DNA from: Trueperaceae bacterium
GTDB lineage: Bacteria; Deinococcota; Deinococci; Deinococcales; Trueperaceae
Length of the DNA stretch: 64,000 bases
NCBI GenBank assembly: GCA_965213925.1
Contig: OZ243927.1
Span: forward strand, 2,560,001-2,624,000
Reading direction: 5' to 3'
Of this stretch, positions 10,737 to 21,326 are shown piece by piece (position 1 is the first letter of the stretch; the number at the start of each line of letters is the position of its first letter). The notes under the pieces are model-generated. The model saw only the letters and a list, made by a program, of their open reading frames with translations. It had not been told where the DNA came from and ran no database searches. Both the position numbers and the translations under genes were made by a program.

Positions 10737-11132
10737 ATGACCCGAGAACGAGGTATGACATATGAGAGGTTCAAAGAGACTGTCGAAGAGATGGTTGCGG
10801 AGATTCCCGAAGAGTTTATGGAAGGGTTGCAGGGCGTCCACGTGTTGGAGCACATCAAGCGCGAAGAAGAGTACGAGAACGTCGTGCGTTTGGGCGAATA
10901 CTTAGACCCCGGACCCGAGAGCTTTTTAGGGGGCAACGGCTTAGGGCGGCACATCGCGCTTTACTACGGCTCGTTTAAGGACATTGCCAGAGGAGACCCT
11001 GATTTTGACTGGGACGCGGAGATTTGGGACACGTTGACACACGAACTGCGCCACCACGTCGAGTCGCTAGCGGGTGACGCGAGTTTGATCGAGGAGGATA
11101 TCCAGCGCGAGAAGACGTTTAAGCGGCGTTGA
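10737..11132 (+). CDS. Minimal zincin-like metallopeptidase
   Basis: HELRH (HExxH) motif, IALYYGSF; leaderless TAAGCT at 10725-10730. Confidence 0.8.
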   Translation: MTRERGMTYERFKETVEEMVAEIPEEFMEGLQGVHVLEHIKREEEYENVVRLGEYLDPGPESFLGGNGLGRHIALYYGSFKDIARGDPDFDWDAEIWDTLTHELRHHVESLAGDASLIEEDIQREKTFKRR

Positions 11133-11210
11133 TGGTATGGAACGGACTCGAGACTCAGTGCGTATGCGTCGGGGTGGTTTTGCACGCAGCGCCCCTACGC
11201 TCACATAAGC

Positions 11211-12020
11211 TCAGCCGAAACGCCCCTCCACATACCGCTCCGTCATCTCGTGCTTAGGGTTCGTGAAAATCTGATCCGTCGGACCCTCTTCGACCATCAC
11301 GCCCAGGTGCATAAACGCCGTGCGGTCCGCCACGCGCCCCGCTTGCTGCATGTTGTGCGTCACGATAATGACCGTGTAGTCCTTTTTGATTTCATGAATC
11401 AGCTCTTCAATGCGGTCGGTAGCGACGGGGTCCAAAGCAGAGGTCGGCTCGTCCATCAGAATCACATCGGGCTCGGTCGCCATCGCGCGGGCGATACAGA
11501 GGCGCTGCTGCTGACCGCCCGAAAGACTGAGCCCCGACTGGTCGAGCTTGTTCTTGACCTCGTCCCAAACTGCTGCCCCTTTAAGGCTCTTCTCAACGAG
11601 TTCATCCATGTCGCCCTCGTAACCGTTCAGCCGAGGACCGAAGGCAACGTTATCGTAAATGCTTTTCGGAAAAGGATTGGGCTTCTGAAAGACCATTCCA
11701 ACACGTCTGCGTACCTCGACGGCGTCCACCGAACTGTCGTATACGTCAACGTCTTCGTAGATAACCCGTCCCTCAGTTTTGACGATGGGGATGAGGTCGT
11801 TCATTCGGTTGATGCAGCGTAAGAGCGTCGTTTTACCGCAACCCGACGCGCCAATCAGCGCTGAGACTTGGTTTTTAGGAAATTTGACCGAGACGCCGTG
11901 GAGCGCCTGGAAGTCGTCGTACCAAAGTTTGAAGTCGTCGATGTGGACAGCGACTTCACTGTCATCGGGTACGTCGGTATGAATCGTTTTGTGATCGTAG
12001 TCGATGTCGGGCATGGGCAT
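11211..12020 (-). CDS. pstB: Phosphate ABC transporter ATP-binding protein
   Basis: [38 protein letters not shown]-terminal GRFG. Confidence 0.97.
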   Translation of the reverse strand: MPMPDIDYDHKTIHTDVPDDSEVAVHIDDFKLWYDDFQALHGVSVKFPKNQVSALIGASGCGKTTLLRCINRMNDLIPIVKTEGRVIYEDVDVYDSSVDAVEVRRRVGMVFQKPNPFPKSIYDNVAFGPRLNGYEGDMDELVEKSLKGAAVWDEVKNKLDQSGLSLSGGQQQRLCIARAMATEPDVILMDEPTSALDPVATDRIEELIHEIKKDYTVIIVTHNMQQAGRVADRTAFMHLGVMVEEGPTDQIFTNPKHEMTERYVEGRFG

Positions 12021-12170
12021 GGTTAGGACTCCAATGGTGAGGAGATTACTACGGTAGTCGCGCGTAAATGATGCTTCTGAAAGCTGCCGGAAGCGGATGT
12101 GTTCGTCTTGGTAAGAGGTGTCATCATCTCGATATGGGTCTAGGTAACGCTGACTCGAGTAGGCGCGTTG

Positions 12171-12216
12171 ATGACCAGATGATACCTGCTGTCTCTATGA
12201 CCAGATGATACCTGCT
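12171..12216. repeat. 20-bp direct repeat at the pstA stop
   Basis: ATGACCAGATGATACCTGCT at 12171-12190 and 12197-12216. Confidence 0.85.
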
Positions 12217-13504
12217 ACCACTTCCGCTCAAAGCGCCGGCGGATATAAAAGACGAAGCCGTAGAGCATAAGCAGCACAGCGAGCAGCACGATGATGGCGG
12301 CGGAGGCGACGTGGATGAATTCGACGTCGTTCTCAGCAACCCACGAGTAGATTTGAATAGGGACGACCGTGTAGCGCGAGAAGGGTCCGTCGGGCAAGAA
12401 GGGCACGAAGGCGGCAGCGCCGACTAAAAGTAGCGGCGCGGTCTCACCGATGGCTCTGGCGATGGCGAGAATCACGCCCGTCATGATGCCCGCAATTGCA
12501 TTGGGTACGACCACACGGCTCACGGTTTGCCATTTGGTCGCGCCTAGACCGTAGCTCGCTTGGCGCAGCGAGCTAGGTACGGACTTGATCGCTTCACGCG
12601 CCGCGATGATGACGACGGGCAAGATGAGGAGCGAGAGCGTGATGGCGGCGGCGAGCACGACGGGTCCCATCCCTGCTAAACGCACAAAGTAGTAGAGCCC
12701 CAAAATACCGTAGACGATACTCGGCACGCCCGCTAAGTTGCGGATGTTGATTTCGATAAAGCGCGTGAAGCGGTTCGTGGGCGCGTATTCCTCTAGGTAA
12801 ATCGCCGCGCCCACCCCCACAGGCAAAGAGAAGAGGATGACGAAGGCAATCACCCAGAGGCTGCCGAGCAGCGCGGTGCGAATCCCGGCGACGACGGGGC
12901 TACTCGAGGAGTTCTTGTTAAAAAACGAAAAGTCGAGCCAGGGGTTTAAGTAGAGGTTTTGCTCTTCGGTTAAGTTTGCCCTGAGTTCGTCTAACTGCGC
13001 CCACCCCTCAAAGGGTCCCAAGTCGATGATACGTCTATCGTCACCGCGCACGTTGTCGTCGCGCGAGCTAGTCACGACCCAGCGAAAGGGTCCCTCGTCG
13101 GTGTACCACATCAGCTCGATGCGGTTGCGGGCGTAGAAGAGACGCTTCTCTTCAGGATCGTTCAGGATTTCGTCTACCTCTTCTGGGCTTTGACCTTGTG
13201 CGGCAAACTCACGGCGCAAAAGGGGCTCATCTTGACCGAAGGGTGCAACGCTCCAAGCGTAGGTCTGACCGCTGTTGGCGGGCTCGACGACCTGCCACGA
13301 GATAGAATCGCGAATCACATCGAAGAAGAGCACCGCAATAAGGGCAATCGCCAAGACCACCGGAATGAAGGTGACGACGGAGAAGATTTTCCCGGCGCGT
13401 TTGCGGGCGGCTAAGCGCTTCTTTTCTTCGCTGCTGAGGAGGCTTTTGGACTGAGCGTTGGAGGCAGTGGGCTGCTGTTTATTTTTATTAGCAGGCGTGT
13501 CCAT
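12215..13504 (-). CDS. pstA: Phosphate ABC permease PstA with long periplasmic insertion
   Basis: AAIYLEEYA, NLAGVPSIVYG, ARAIGETAPL. Confidence 0.95.
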   Translation of the reverse strand: MDTPANKNKQQPTASNAQSKSLLSSEEKKRLAARKRAGKIFSVVTFIPVVLAIALIAVLFFDVIRDSISWQVVEPANSGQTYAWSVAPFGQDEPLLRREFAAQGQSPEEVDEILNDPEEKRLFYARNRIELMWYTDEGPFRWVVTSSRDDNVRGDDRRIIDLGPFEGWAQLDELRANLTEEQNLYLNPWLDFSFFNKNSSSSPVVAGIRTALLGSLWVIAFVILFSLPVGVGAAIYLEEYAPTNRFTRFIEINIRNLAGVPSIVYGILGLYYFVRLAGMGPVVLAAAITLSLLILPVVIIAAREAIKSVPSSLRQASYGLGATKWQTVSRVVVPNAIAGIMTGVILAIARAIGETAPLLLVGAAAFVPFLPDGPFSRYTVVPIQIYSWVAENDVEFIHVASAAIIVLLAVLLMLYGFVFYIRRRFERKW

Positions 13505-14442
13505 TATTCGTACTGCTCCTGAAAGCGGCTCACCACTTGTTGAGCGATGAGATTGAGGGCTAAGGTCATGACGAAGAGCGTGGCGGCGACCGCGTAGAGC
13601 GAACGCGCCGCGAGCGAGCCCGCCGGTGCGTCGCCCGTACCCGCTTGCACGATGTACGCGGTCATCGTCGCAATCGTCTCGCGCGGGTCGAAAGTCAGCG
13701 TCGGCTTCTGCCCGGCGGCTAAGGTCACGATCATCGTCTCGCCAATCGCCCGCGCCATCGCTAAGATAAACGACGCGACGATGCCCGAAAGCGCGGCGGG
13801 TACGACGATTTTCGTGACGACCTCATACTTGGACGCGCCCAAGCCGTAGCCCCCTTCACGAAGGCTCTGCGGCACGGATTGCATCGCGTCGGCTGAGATC
13901 GAGGAGACCGTCGGCAAGATCATAAAGCCCATGACAATACCTGCTGAAAGCGGGTTGAAGAGGTCCATCCCTGGAATGAAGCTGCGCAGAAAGGGCGTCA
14001 CAAAAAGCAGCGCAAAGTAGCCGAGCACGACGGTGGGGATGCCCGCTAAAATCTCTAAGATAGGGGTGATTCTGCGCCGCGTCTTATCCTCAGCAAATTC
14101 CGAGAGGTAGATGGCTGCGCCTAAGCCGAGCGGCAGACCGATGATGAGCGCGATGCCCGTCACTAGCAGTGTACCCGCTACGAGCGGTGCGATGCCGTAG
14201 TTCTTTTCGGCAAAGAGAGGGGTCCACTGGTCGTTCGTGAAGAACTCGAGGAGCGAGACCTCGCGGAAAAACGAAATAGTCTCTTCGGTCAGCGCGAAGA
14301 CCACCGCGAGCGTCGTTACAATCGAGATCGCAGCGCAGACGAAGAGCACGCCCGCGATAGCGGTCTCTTTGACGTTGCGGTTGCCGCTCTTGGATAAGCC
14401 CGCAGCTTTAGCGGCGTCTTTGCCCGCTTGACTTGTTGCCAT
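13504..14442 (-). CDS. pstC: Phosphate ABC permease PstC
   Basis: [20 protein letters not shown]; operon context. Confidence 0.96.
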   Translation of the reverse strand: MATSQAGKDAAKAAGLSKSGNRNVKETAIAGVLFVCAAISIVTTLAVVFALTEETISFFREVSLLEFFTNDQWTPLFAEKNYGIAPLVAGTLLVTGIALIIGLPLGLGAAIYLSEFAEDKTRRRITPILEILAGIPTVVLGYFALLFVTPFLRSFIPGMDLFNPLSAGIVMGFMILPTVSSISADAMQSVPQSLREGGYGLGASKYEVVTKIVVPAALSGIVASFILAMARAIGETMIVTLAAGQKPTLTFDPRETIATMTAYIVQAGTGDAPAGSLAARSLYAVAATLFVMTLALNLIAQQVVSRFQEQYE

Positions 14443-14629
14443 ACAGTCTCCTTATATTTGTGTGTGTTTACGTGCGTGTTGCTTACAGCAACCTCATTGC
14501 CACTAAATCATTGCTACTAGATGGGGTCACTCACTCGTCTCAATCATACTTGCGGAAGGTCAGCTCAATGTGACGCGGTAGTCCAGTGTAGAGCTACCGT
14601 GAGATGACATCTTTACAAGATAGAAAACA

Positions 14630-14653
14630 GTCCTCAGAGCACACTCTGAGGAC
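14630..14653 (-). terminator. Hairpin downstream of pstS (terminator or mRNA stabiliser)
   Basis: GTCCTCAGAG / CTCTGAGGAC inverted repeat. Confidence 0.55.
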
Positions 14654-14704
14654 CAGAATACCGAATTATCGGTGACGATATGTCAGCGCATTGTCAGCTA
14701 CGGT

Positions 14705-15715
14705 TTAGTTGCCACCCGTGCTGCTACCACCCGTGCTGCTACCACTGCCACTCACGCCTTCGCGGATGGTGTCGATGATAGAGTCGCCTGCTTGATAGTT
14801 TCCGAAGACGCTACCCGTAACCCGTGCGTCGAAGCGCTCTTGCGCGGCGCTATAAGCGTCACCGCTGAGGAGTACGTAACCCGTGTCTTCGATTAAAGGA
14901 CGCGCATCTTCGCTCAAGTAGAAGTTGACGAACTCGCCGATGACGGGCTTGTTGTCCGCCGAGGTGGGGCTCACGTAGATAAAGAGTGGGCGAGCGAGCG
15001 GCGTGTAGGTGCCGTCCTCAACCGTCTCGGCGCTTGGCTCAACGCAGCCGTCTCCGGAGTCAATCGCGAGCGCTTTGACCGAACCCTCATTCTCGGCGTA
15101 GTAGGCGTAGCCGAAGTAGCCAATCGCGTACTGACTGCCTTCAACGCCGCGCAGCAAGACGTTATCGTCTTCAGAGGGCGTCACATCGGTGCGGCTTGCG
15201 CCGGACTCGCCGACAATCGCTTCGGTGAAGTAGTCGAAGGTGCCCGAGTCAGTGCCGGGGATGAAGAAGCTGATCTCTTCGTCGGGGAACTCTGAGCGGA
15301 CATCGCTCCAGGTGGTGACGCTCGAGTCCGGCTCAAAGATCATGGCGAGTTCGTCCGTAGTCAAGCAGTCCACGAAGTCCGCTTCGTTATTGACCGCGAC
15401 TGTGAGCGCGTCGAACGCGACGGGCAGCTCGATGACCTCGACGCCGTTGGACGAGCAGGTCTCAAGCTCGCTGTCACGAACCGTGCGGCTCGCGTCGTTG
15501 ATGTCGGTCTCGTCTTGACAGTACTTCTCGAAGCCGCCCCCGGTCCCTGAAAACGCCACGGTGACCTGCGCGTCAGGGTTGATGATTTGGAACTCTTCAG
15601 CGACCGCTAAAGAGATGGGGTAGACCGTCGAGGAGCCGTCAATACGTACGCTGCTATCCTGAGCAAAGGAAGCGCAAGCGAGGGCGAAAACGGCTAGTGC
15701 AATGATTTTTTTCAC
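14705..15715 (-). CDS. pstS: Phosphate-binding protein PstS
   Basis: Signal peptide, DGSSTVYP, SGTGGGF, GTDSGTFDYF, LARPLFIY. Confidence 0.96.
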   Translation of the reverse strand: MKKIIALAVFALACASFAQDSSVRIDGSSTVYPISLAVAEEFQIINPDAQVTVAFSGTGGGFEKYCQDETDINDASRTVRDSELETCSSNGVEVIELPVAFDALTVAVNNEADFVDCLTTDELAMIFEPDSSVTTWSDVRSEFPDEEISFFIPGTDSGTFDYFTEAIVGESGASRTDVTPSEDDNVLLRGVEGSQYAIGYFGYAYYAENEGSVKALAIDSGDGCVEPSAETVEDGTYTPLARPLFIYVSPTSADNKPVIGEFVNFYLSEDARPLIEDTGYVLLSGDAYSAAQERFDARVTGSVFGNYQAGDSIIDTIREGVSGSGSSTGGSSTGGN

Positions 15716-16107
15716 TTTGTAACCTCCGAAAGAGAGGCTACCGAACCCCAGTCATCGTTTTGTCAGCTTGCGCGTTCATGAAGGAATTGAGCGTGGCTCA
15801 CTGCTACGACGCTTCATTAAGCTCAGCCATACTTAGCCTCAATCTTGACACGCCAACGAACGGTTTTATATACTCATCTGCAACGCATAAAGTCTAAACA
15901 GAACGTCCTGAACGCATCTTGTCGGACGTAACGCAACTATGAGGACTCCGGGCGCTAGGGGAAAGCGTAGGCGTTTTTAGACGAGTCTTTACCCGAGAGC
16001 TAGCGGAGGTACGCAAGGCTGTGGCGACGTGACACATACTTTTATTTTCTATGACGTTCTTTTGGTCACATATGAAGCCGCTCTACGCAGATATTTAAGC
16101 GCGGTCT

Positions 16108-17646
16108 ATGTCGTCTGAATCAGCAGCGCCCGCTGTGCTGGGCGCGACGAACATCGCTCGAGACTTCGGTCCGGTGCGCGTCCTCGCAGACGTTTCCTTG
16201 ACGCTTAAACGCGGCGAAGTCCACGCGATACTAGGGGAGAACGGCGCGGGCAAGTCGACGCTGATGAAGATTTTAGCGGGGTATCTGGCTCCGAGCGAGG
16301 GGCGGCTCGAGCTCCACGGTGAGCCCGTCACCTTTAAGCGCAGCCGAGACGCCGAGGCGCAGGGCGTGGTGCTCATCCACCAGGAGATCAACCTAGCCGA
16401 CGACCTCACCGCCGAAGAGAACATCTTTTTAGGCGTCGAGGCGCACCGGGGACCCTTCGTCAAGCGGCGCGAGATGCGTGAACGCGCCGCCGAAGTGCTG
16501 CGCGAGCTAGAGACGCCCGTCGACCCGCGCACGCGCGTAGGTAAATTGAGCGTCTCGCAAAAGCAGATGGTCGAGATCGCCAAGGCTATAACCCGCGACG
16601 CCCGCGTGCTGCTCATGGACGAGCCTACGGACGTCCTCACGGGCAAAGAGACCGAGGTGCTCTTCGCGCTGATTCGCCGCCTCACGAGCCGCGGCGTCAC
16701 GGTAGCCTACATCTCGCACAAGCTCGAAGAGGTCGCCGCCATCTCGGACCGCGTCAGCGTGCTGCGCGACGGAAAGCTCGTCACCACGCAGCCGACCCGT
16801 GAGCTGAGCCAAGAGCGGATGGCGACCCTGATGGTCGGGCGCGAACTCTCCGACATGTACCCAGTCAAGCGCACGCCCGGCGAAGAGGTCGTCTTCGCGG
16901 CGCGAGGGGTGAACGTGCCGGGTTGGGCGCGGGGTATCTCCTTCGAGTTGCGGCGCGGCGAGGTGCTCGGCTTCGCGGGGCTCGTAGGTGCGGGGCGTAC
17001 GGAGCTTTTCGAGGGAATTTTGGGGTTGCGACCCAAGAGCGGCAGGCTCTATAGGGACGGTCAGCCGCTCGCCATCCAAACGCTTAAAGACGCCGTGGAT
17101 GTCGGCGTCGCTTACGTCAGCGAGGACCGCAAGGGTAAAGGGCTCATGACGGAGATGCGGCTGCGCCCCAACCTGACGCTGCTCTCGCTCGAGCGCTACG
17201 CCAACCCTCTTTTACAACCAAAACGCGAGATGGACGCCTTGGAGGACGCCGTTCGCGAGTTTGACATCCGCGTGCCGAATTTGCGCGCCGCCGCGCGGCT
17301 CCTCTCGGGCGGCAACCAGCAGAAGCTGGTGCTCGCCAAGACGATGGAGGTGACGCCGGACATCCTCATCTTAGACGAGCCGACGCGGGGCATCGACGTA
17401 GGGACGAAGCGGCAGATTTACTTTTTCATCCAGACGCTCTTGGAGGAGGGCAAGTCGTGTATCCTCATCTCGTCGGAACTCTCCGAAGTCGTCGGGCTCG
17501 CGCACCGCGTCGTGGTGATGCGTTCCGGGGAACAGATGGGGACGTTGGAAGGGAGCGACATCAGCGAACAGGAGATCGTCCGCTACGCGACCGGACTGAA
17601 GCGAGATACAGAAAAACGAGATGAGGTAGGACCCTATGCGACCTGA
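16108..17646 (+). CDS. Sugar ABC transporter ATP-binding protein (RbsA/MglA type)
   Basis: Two ABC domains, [27 protein letters not shown]. Confidence 0.95.
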   Translation: MSSESAAPAVLGATNIARDFGPVRVLADVSLTLKRGEVHAILGENGAGKSTLMKILAGYLAPSEGRLELHGEPVTFKRSRDAEAQGVVLIHQEINLADDLTAEENIFLGVEAHRGPFVKRREMRERAAEVLRELETPVDPRTRVGKLSVSQKQMVEIAKAITRDARVLLMDEPTDVLTGKETEVLFALIRRLTSRGVTVAYISHKLEEVAAISDRVSVLRDGKLVTTQPTRELSQERMATLMVGRELSDMYPVKRTPGEEVVFAARGVNVPGWARGISFELRRGEVLGFAGLVGAGRTELFEGILGLRPKSGRLYRDGQPLAIQTLKDAVDVGVAYVSEDRKGKGLMTEMRLRPNLTLLSLERYANPLLQPKREMDALEDAVREFDIRVPNLRAAARLLSGGNQQKLVLAKTMEVTPDILILDEPTRGIDVGTKRQIYFFIQTLLEEGKSCILISSELSEVVGLAHRVVVMRSGEQMGTLEGSDISEQEIVRYATGLKRDTEKRDEVGPYAT

Positions 17647-18655
17647 GCCCAGCGCCCAAAGCGACGCCTCAAAAAATAACGCCCAAAGAGGTCGCTCTGG
17701 TTTCGACATTCGCATCCTCGGGCCGCTGCTCGGTCTGGTTGCCCTCTTCGTCGTGGGCGCGCTCATCAACCCGGTCTTCTTGTCGCCGACGAACCTCTTC
17801 AATGTCCTGACAAGAAGCGCGTTCATAGGCATCATTGCCGTCGGCGCGACCTTCGTGATCATCGCCGGGGGCATCGATCTCTCGGTCGGGTCGATGGCGG
17901 CGTTTATCGCAGGCGTGATGATCATCGTCATGAATACCGCCGTGGATACGTTCGGCGCAGGCGTGCTAACGGTCCTCATCGGTATTTTAGCCTCGCTGCT
18001 GCTGGGTCTATTGGCGGGTCTCGTGAACGGATTGACGATCACCAAGGGAGCGATCGCGCCCTTTATCGTCACGCTCGGCACGCTCGGCATCTACCGCTCG
18101 CTCGTGACTTACTTCGCGAACGGGGGCACGCTCTCGCTTGACTTCGGGGTGCGCTCCGTCTACGGACCCGTCTACTCCGGCTCGTTTTTGGGCGTTCCGT
18201 ACCCTATCTGGGTATTCGCAGCGGTCGCTATCATCGGCAGCATCATCTTGCACCGGACGCGGCTGGGGCGCTACGTTTACGCCATCGGCTCCAACGAACA
18301 GGTCGCCCGCTACTCCGCGATCCGTGTAGACCGCGTCAAGACGCTCACCTACGTGTTGCAAGGGCTCTGCGTGTCGCTCGCGACGATTATCTACGTGCCG
18401 CGCCTCGGCTCGGCGTCGGCGAGCACGGGGGTCTTGTGGGAACTCGAGGCGATCGCCGCCGTGATCATCGGCGGCACGGCGCTTAAAGGTGGCTCGGGAC
18501 ATATCTGGGGCACGGTGGTAGGCGCGGTGATGCTCTCGACCATCGGCAACGTCTTGAACCTCACGGGGTTCATCAGTGAGTACCTCAACGGCGCGGTGCA
18601 GGGCGTCATCATCATCGCGGCGGTGCTGCTGCAGCGGCGGGGCGGCGATGAGTAG
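17636..18655 (+). CDS. Sugar ABC transporter permease (RbsC type)
   Basis: [28 protein letters not shown]. Confidence 0.95.
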   Translation: MRPEPSAQSDASKNNAQRGRSGFDIRILGPLLGLVALFVVGALINPVFLSPTNLFNVLTRSAFIGIIAVGATFVIIAGGIDLSVGSMAAFIAGVMIIVMNTAVDTFGAGVLTVLIGILASLLLGLLAGLVNGLTITKGAIAPFIVTLGTLGIYRSLVTYFANGGTLSLDFGVRSVYGPVYSGSFLGVPYPIWVFAAVAIIGSIILHRTRLGRYVYAIGSNEQVARYSAIRVDRVKTLTYVLQGLCVSLATIIYVPRLGSASASTGVLWELEAIAAVIIGGTALKGGSGHIWGTVVGAVMLSTIGNVLNLTGFISEYLNGAVQGVIIIAAVLLQRRGGDE

Positions 18656-18748
18656 TGCCCCTATAGGAGGTGCAAGGTGACGTAGCCTCCATCCGCTTCC
18701 GTATCTACACGCTTAACACCTACTCGAGCACCACGAAAGGAACCCTTT

Positions 18749-19690
18749 ATGAAACGCTTTCTCCTCGCTCTCACCTCTCTTCTCGCGCTAGGCGTTGCTA
18801 ATGCACAAGACGAAACCGTCACCATCGGCGTTTCGATCCCCGCCGCCACGCACGGCTGGACGGGCGGCGTCAACTTCTGGGCGGACCAGGCGGCGACGCA
18901 GCTCCAAGAGACCTATCCGAACCTCGAGTTCGTCATCGCCACCGCCTCCGACCCCGGCGAACAAGCCAACGACCTGCAGGACTTACTCGCCATCAACCAG
19001 ATCGACGCGCTCGTCGTGCTGCCCTTCGAGTCCGACCCGCTGACGCAGCCCGTCGCGCAGGTGAAAGAGCAGGGCGTCTTCATCACCGTCGTCGACCGCG
19101 GTCTCGCCGACCCTAGCATCCAGGACCTCTACGTCGCGGGGGACAACGAGGCGTTCGGGCGCGTCGCGGGGGAATACTTCACCGGGCGGCTCGGCGAGGG
19201 CGACAACATCGTCATTTTGCGCGGACTGCCCACCGTCATCGACAACCAACGCTTCGACGCCTTTAACGCGGCGCTCGAGGGTTCGGGCATCAACGTTTTA
19301 GATAGCCAATACGGCAACTGGAACCGCGACGACGCCTTTAACGTGGCCCAGGACATGCTGACGCGCTTCCCGGACATCGACGCGATTTGGGCGTCGGACG
19401 ACGACATGGCAGAGGGCGTCCTCGCCGCCGTCCAGCAAGCGAACCGCGCCGAAGACCTCTTTATCGTCGGCGGCGCGGGCAAAAAGGAGATCATCCAGCG
19501 CGTGATGGAGGGCGACGACCTCATCCCCGTGGACGTGACCTATCCGCCCTCGATGATCGCCACGGCGATGAAGGTCACAGCGCTCCAGTACACCGGGAGC
19601 GTGCCGATTGTGGGGGAGTATCTGCTCGAGTCTCAACTCGTCACCCCCGAAAACGCCGAAGCCTTCTACTACCCGGATTCACCCTTCTAA
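18749..19690 (+). CDS. Sugar ABC transporter substrate-binding protein
   Basis: Signal peptide; type I periplasmic binding protein motifs (VVDR, GNWNRD, DDDMA). Confidence 0.93.
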   Translation: MKRFLLALTSLLALGVANAQDETVTIGVSIPAATHGWTGGVNFWADQAATQLQETYPNLEFVIATASDPGEQANDLQDLLAINQIDALVVLPFESDPLTQPVAQVKEQGVFITVVDRGLADPSIQDLYVAGDNEAFGRVAGEYFTGRLGEGDNIVILRGLPTVIDNQRFDAFNAALEGSGINVLDSQYGNWNRDDAFNVAQDMLTRFPDIDAIWASDDDMAEGVLAAVQQANRAEDLFIVGGAGKKEIIQRVMEGDDLIPVDVTYPPSMIATAMKVTALQYTGSVPIVGEYLLESQLVTPENAEAFYYPDSPF

Positions 19691-19710
19691 AGACCTCTTT
19701 TGCCTCTATC

Positions 19711-19737
19711 AGGGCGGCTTTTAGGTCGCCCTTTTTT
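19711..19737 (+). terminator. Rho-independent terminator
   Basis: AGGGCGGC-loop-GTCGCCCT followed by a T-run. Confidence 0.8.
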
Positions 19738-19744
19738 GGCGTCA

Positions 19745-19854
19745 TACGGATTCCGATTGATTACTTCATAAACTCCGTTACGAAGTTTTGCCTCCGGCAA
19801 ACGCTACGCGCTTCGCTATCGTCGGAGTTGATTACGTACTCATCGGAATCCGTA
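19745..19854. mobile_element. MITE / small repetitive element
   Basis: 13-bp perfect terminal IR TACGGATTCCGAT / ATCGGAATCCGTA with inner AACTCCG / CGGAGTT IR. Confidence 0.7.
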
Positions 19855-19911
19855 GTCTTTTCAACTCGCTACGCTCAGGTTAATTTTTATAGGAATTAAC
19901 CGGAAACTGTA

Positions 19912-21315
19912 TCAGTTGGTTTCTACAGGTAGGAGCCAGTCTCTATGCGCGAGGCTATAGACCTCTTCTGTCAAGTCAACCGTAGAGTCCACGAAGGGAC
20001 GACTCCCTCGCCCATTCATGCTCACGTAAGATTCGGCATAAACCGCCACGTCCTCATAGCCTTGCGCCGCGAATTCGTCCTCTAAAAAGTGTGCGAACTG
20101 TAAGATCATGTCCGGCTGATACGCCATCTGTTTCTCCTGCTGCGGCGTGAGGTAGTCGCCCGGAAAGATGTCCCAAGACTTACCTGTACTCTCGTCTAAA
20201 ACTGTGAAAAACGCCGTCCCCGACTTGTCTACGAGCATCACGCGCCAGGCGAAGCGGAAGCCCTCTTCGGTCCAGAGGACGTTGCCGGGGTAGGCGAGGT
20301 GGCGCAGGGGCATGGCGAGTTGGAACACGAGGAAGAGGGTTAGAAGGGTGACGGTGAAGAGATTGGGACGAGTTTTTATCTGTTTGGGGGCTCGAGTCTC
20401 ACCAAAATTAAAATGCCCAGAGAGGTTCAACCACCGCGCCACCCTCTGATAGTCCCGTTCAGAAAAGAAAATTAGCGTCGCCGCCATCATAATCCACGGA
20501 AACATGCCGATGGGAAAGAGAATCGCTGTAAGGACGTGAAAGGCAACCACCGCGAGATACGCGAACGCCCGCGTCCGCCACCAAAGCAAGAGAAAAGGTA
20601 TCGAGAGGTCGAAAAGGAGCCCCGCCCAACTCATCGCAAAAGCGACCCAGGTGGTATCAAAAAGAGGTCCGATAAGGGGTAAATCTGTGTTCGTGCGGAG
20701 CCACGTTTGTAGGGGCATGGCGCGCCATAGCCAGTCGGGTTCTAACTTGGCGATTCCCGCGAAGAGGTACACGAGCGCAAGCTGAGCGCGAATGGCGTAA
20801 ATCGTCCAAGCGGGGGTGTGACTCACCTTTTCAACAAGTCCCAAACGCACATCTAACGAAAAGGCGCGGTGCAGCGGAGAGAAGATGAGGAGGAAACTCA
20901 GCAGCGAGATGAAGTAGTAGTGATTCAGATAGTACGTCTTGTCGATAAGTTCGGCGTAGGTGAAAAGGAGGAAAAACGCGGTGATGCTAAAGCGGTAGAA
21001 AAGCCCTACGGCAACGAAAAGAGACAAGAGCGCGGTGAGCCCGAGGACGGCGACCATCCACGCGCTTGGAAGAGGTTTTACCCAGCCAAAACCTAGATAG
21101 GTGAAGTGAAACTGCGGCGCTAAGTAAAACTCCGAGACCCAACCCCTCGCCATAAACCGCACCGTACTCGCGAACATCAAGACGCCGAAGCCGATGCGGA
21201 AGATGACTAAAGGGAGGATGCTAAGAGGAGTGCTCAGCCAGGTTTTGACGGTGCTGATGAGGTCTGAGCCACCTACAAATTTAGATTTTGCCGCTTGACC
21301 GGACGCCGTCGTCAT
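19912..21315 (-). CDS. HTTM-domain, vitamin K-dependent gamma-carboxylase-like membrane protein
   Basis: Multiple TM helices; YYLNHYY, AGIAKLEPDWL, IGMFPW, WTEEGFRFAWRVML, QPDMILQFAH. Confidence 0.9.
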   Translation of the reverse strand: MTTASGQAAKSKFVGGSDLISTVKTWLSTPLSILPLVIFRIGFGVLMFASTVRFMARGWVSEFYLAPQFHFTYLGFGWVKPLPSAWMVAVLGLTALLSLFVAVGLFYRFSITAFFLLFTYAELIDKTYYLNHYYFISLLSFLLIFSPLHRAFSLDVRLGLVEKVSHTPAWTIYAIRAQLALVYLFAGIAKLEPDWLWRAMPLQTWLRTNTDLPLIGPLFDTTWVAFAMSWAGLLFDLSIPFLLLWWRTRAFAYLAVVAFHVLTAILFPIGMFPWIMMAATLIFFSERDYQRVARWLNLSGHFNFGETRAPKQIKTRPNLFTVTLLTLFLVFQLAMPLRHLAYPGNVLWTEEGFRFAWRVMLVDKSGTAFFTVLDESTGKSWDIFPGDYLTPQQEKQMAYQPDMILQFAHFLEDEFAAQGYEDVAVYAESYVSMNGRGSRPFVDSTVDLTEEVYSLAHRDWLLPVETN

Positions 21316-21326
21316 GTTGAACCCGA

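Noticed and set aside
15880..16000. Possible Pho boxes upstream of pstS
   Set aside because: Only weak 11-bp periodic TAAA-like matches; cannot be supported by eye
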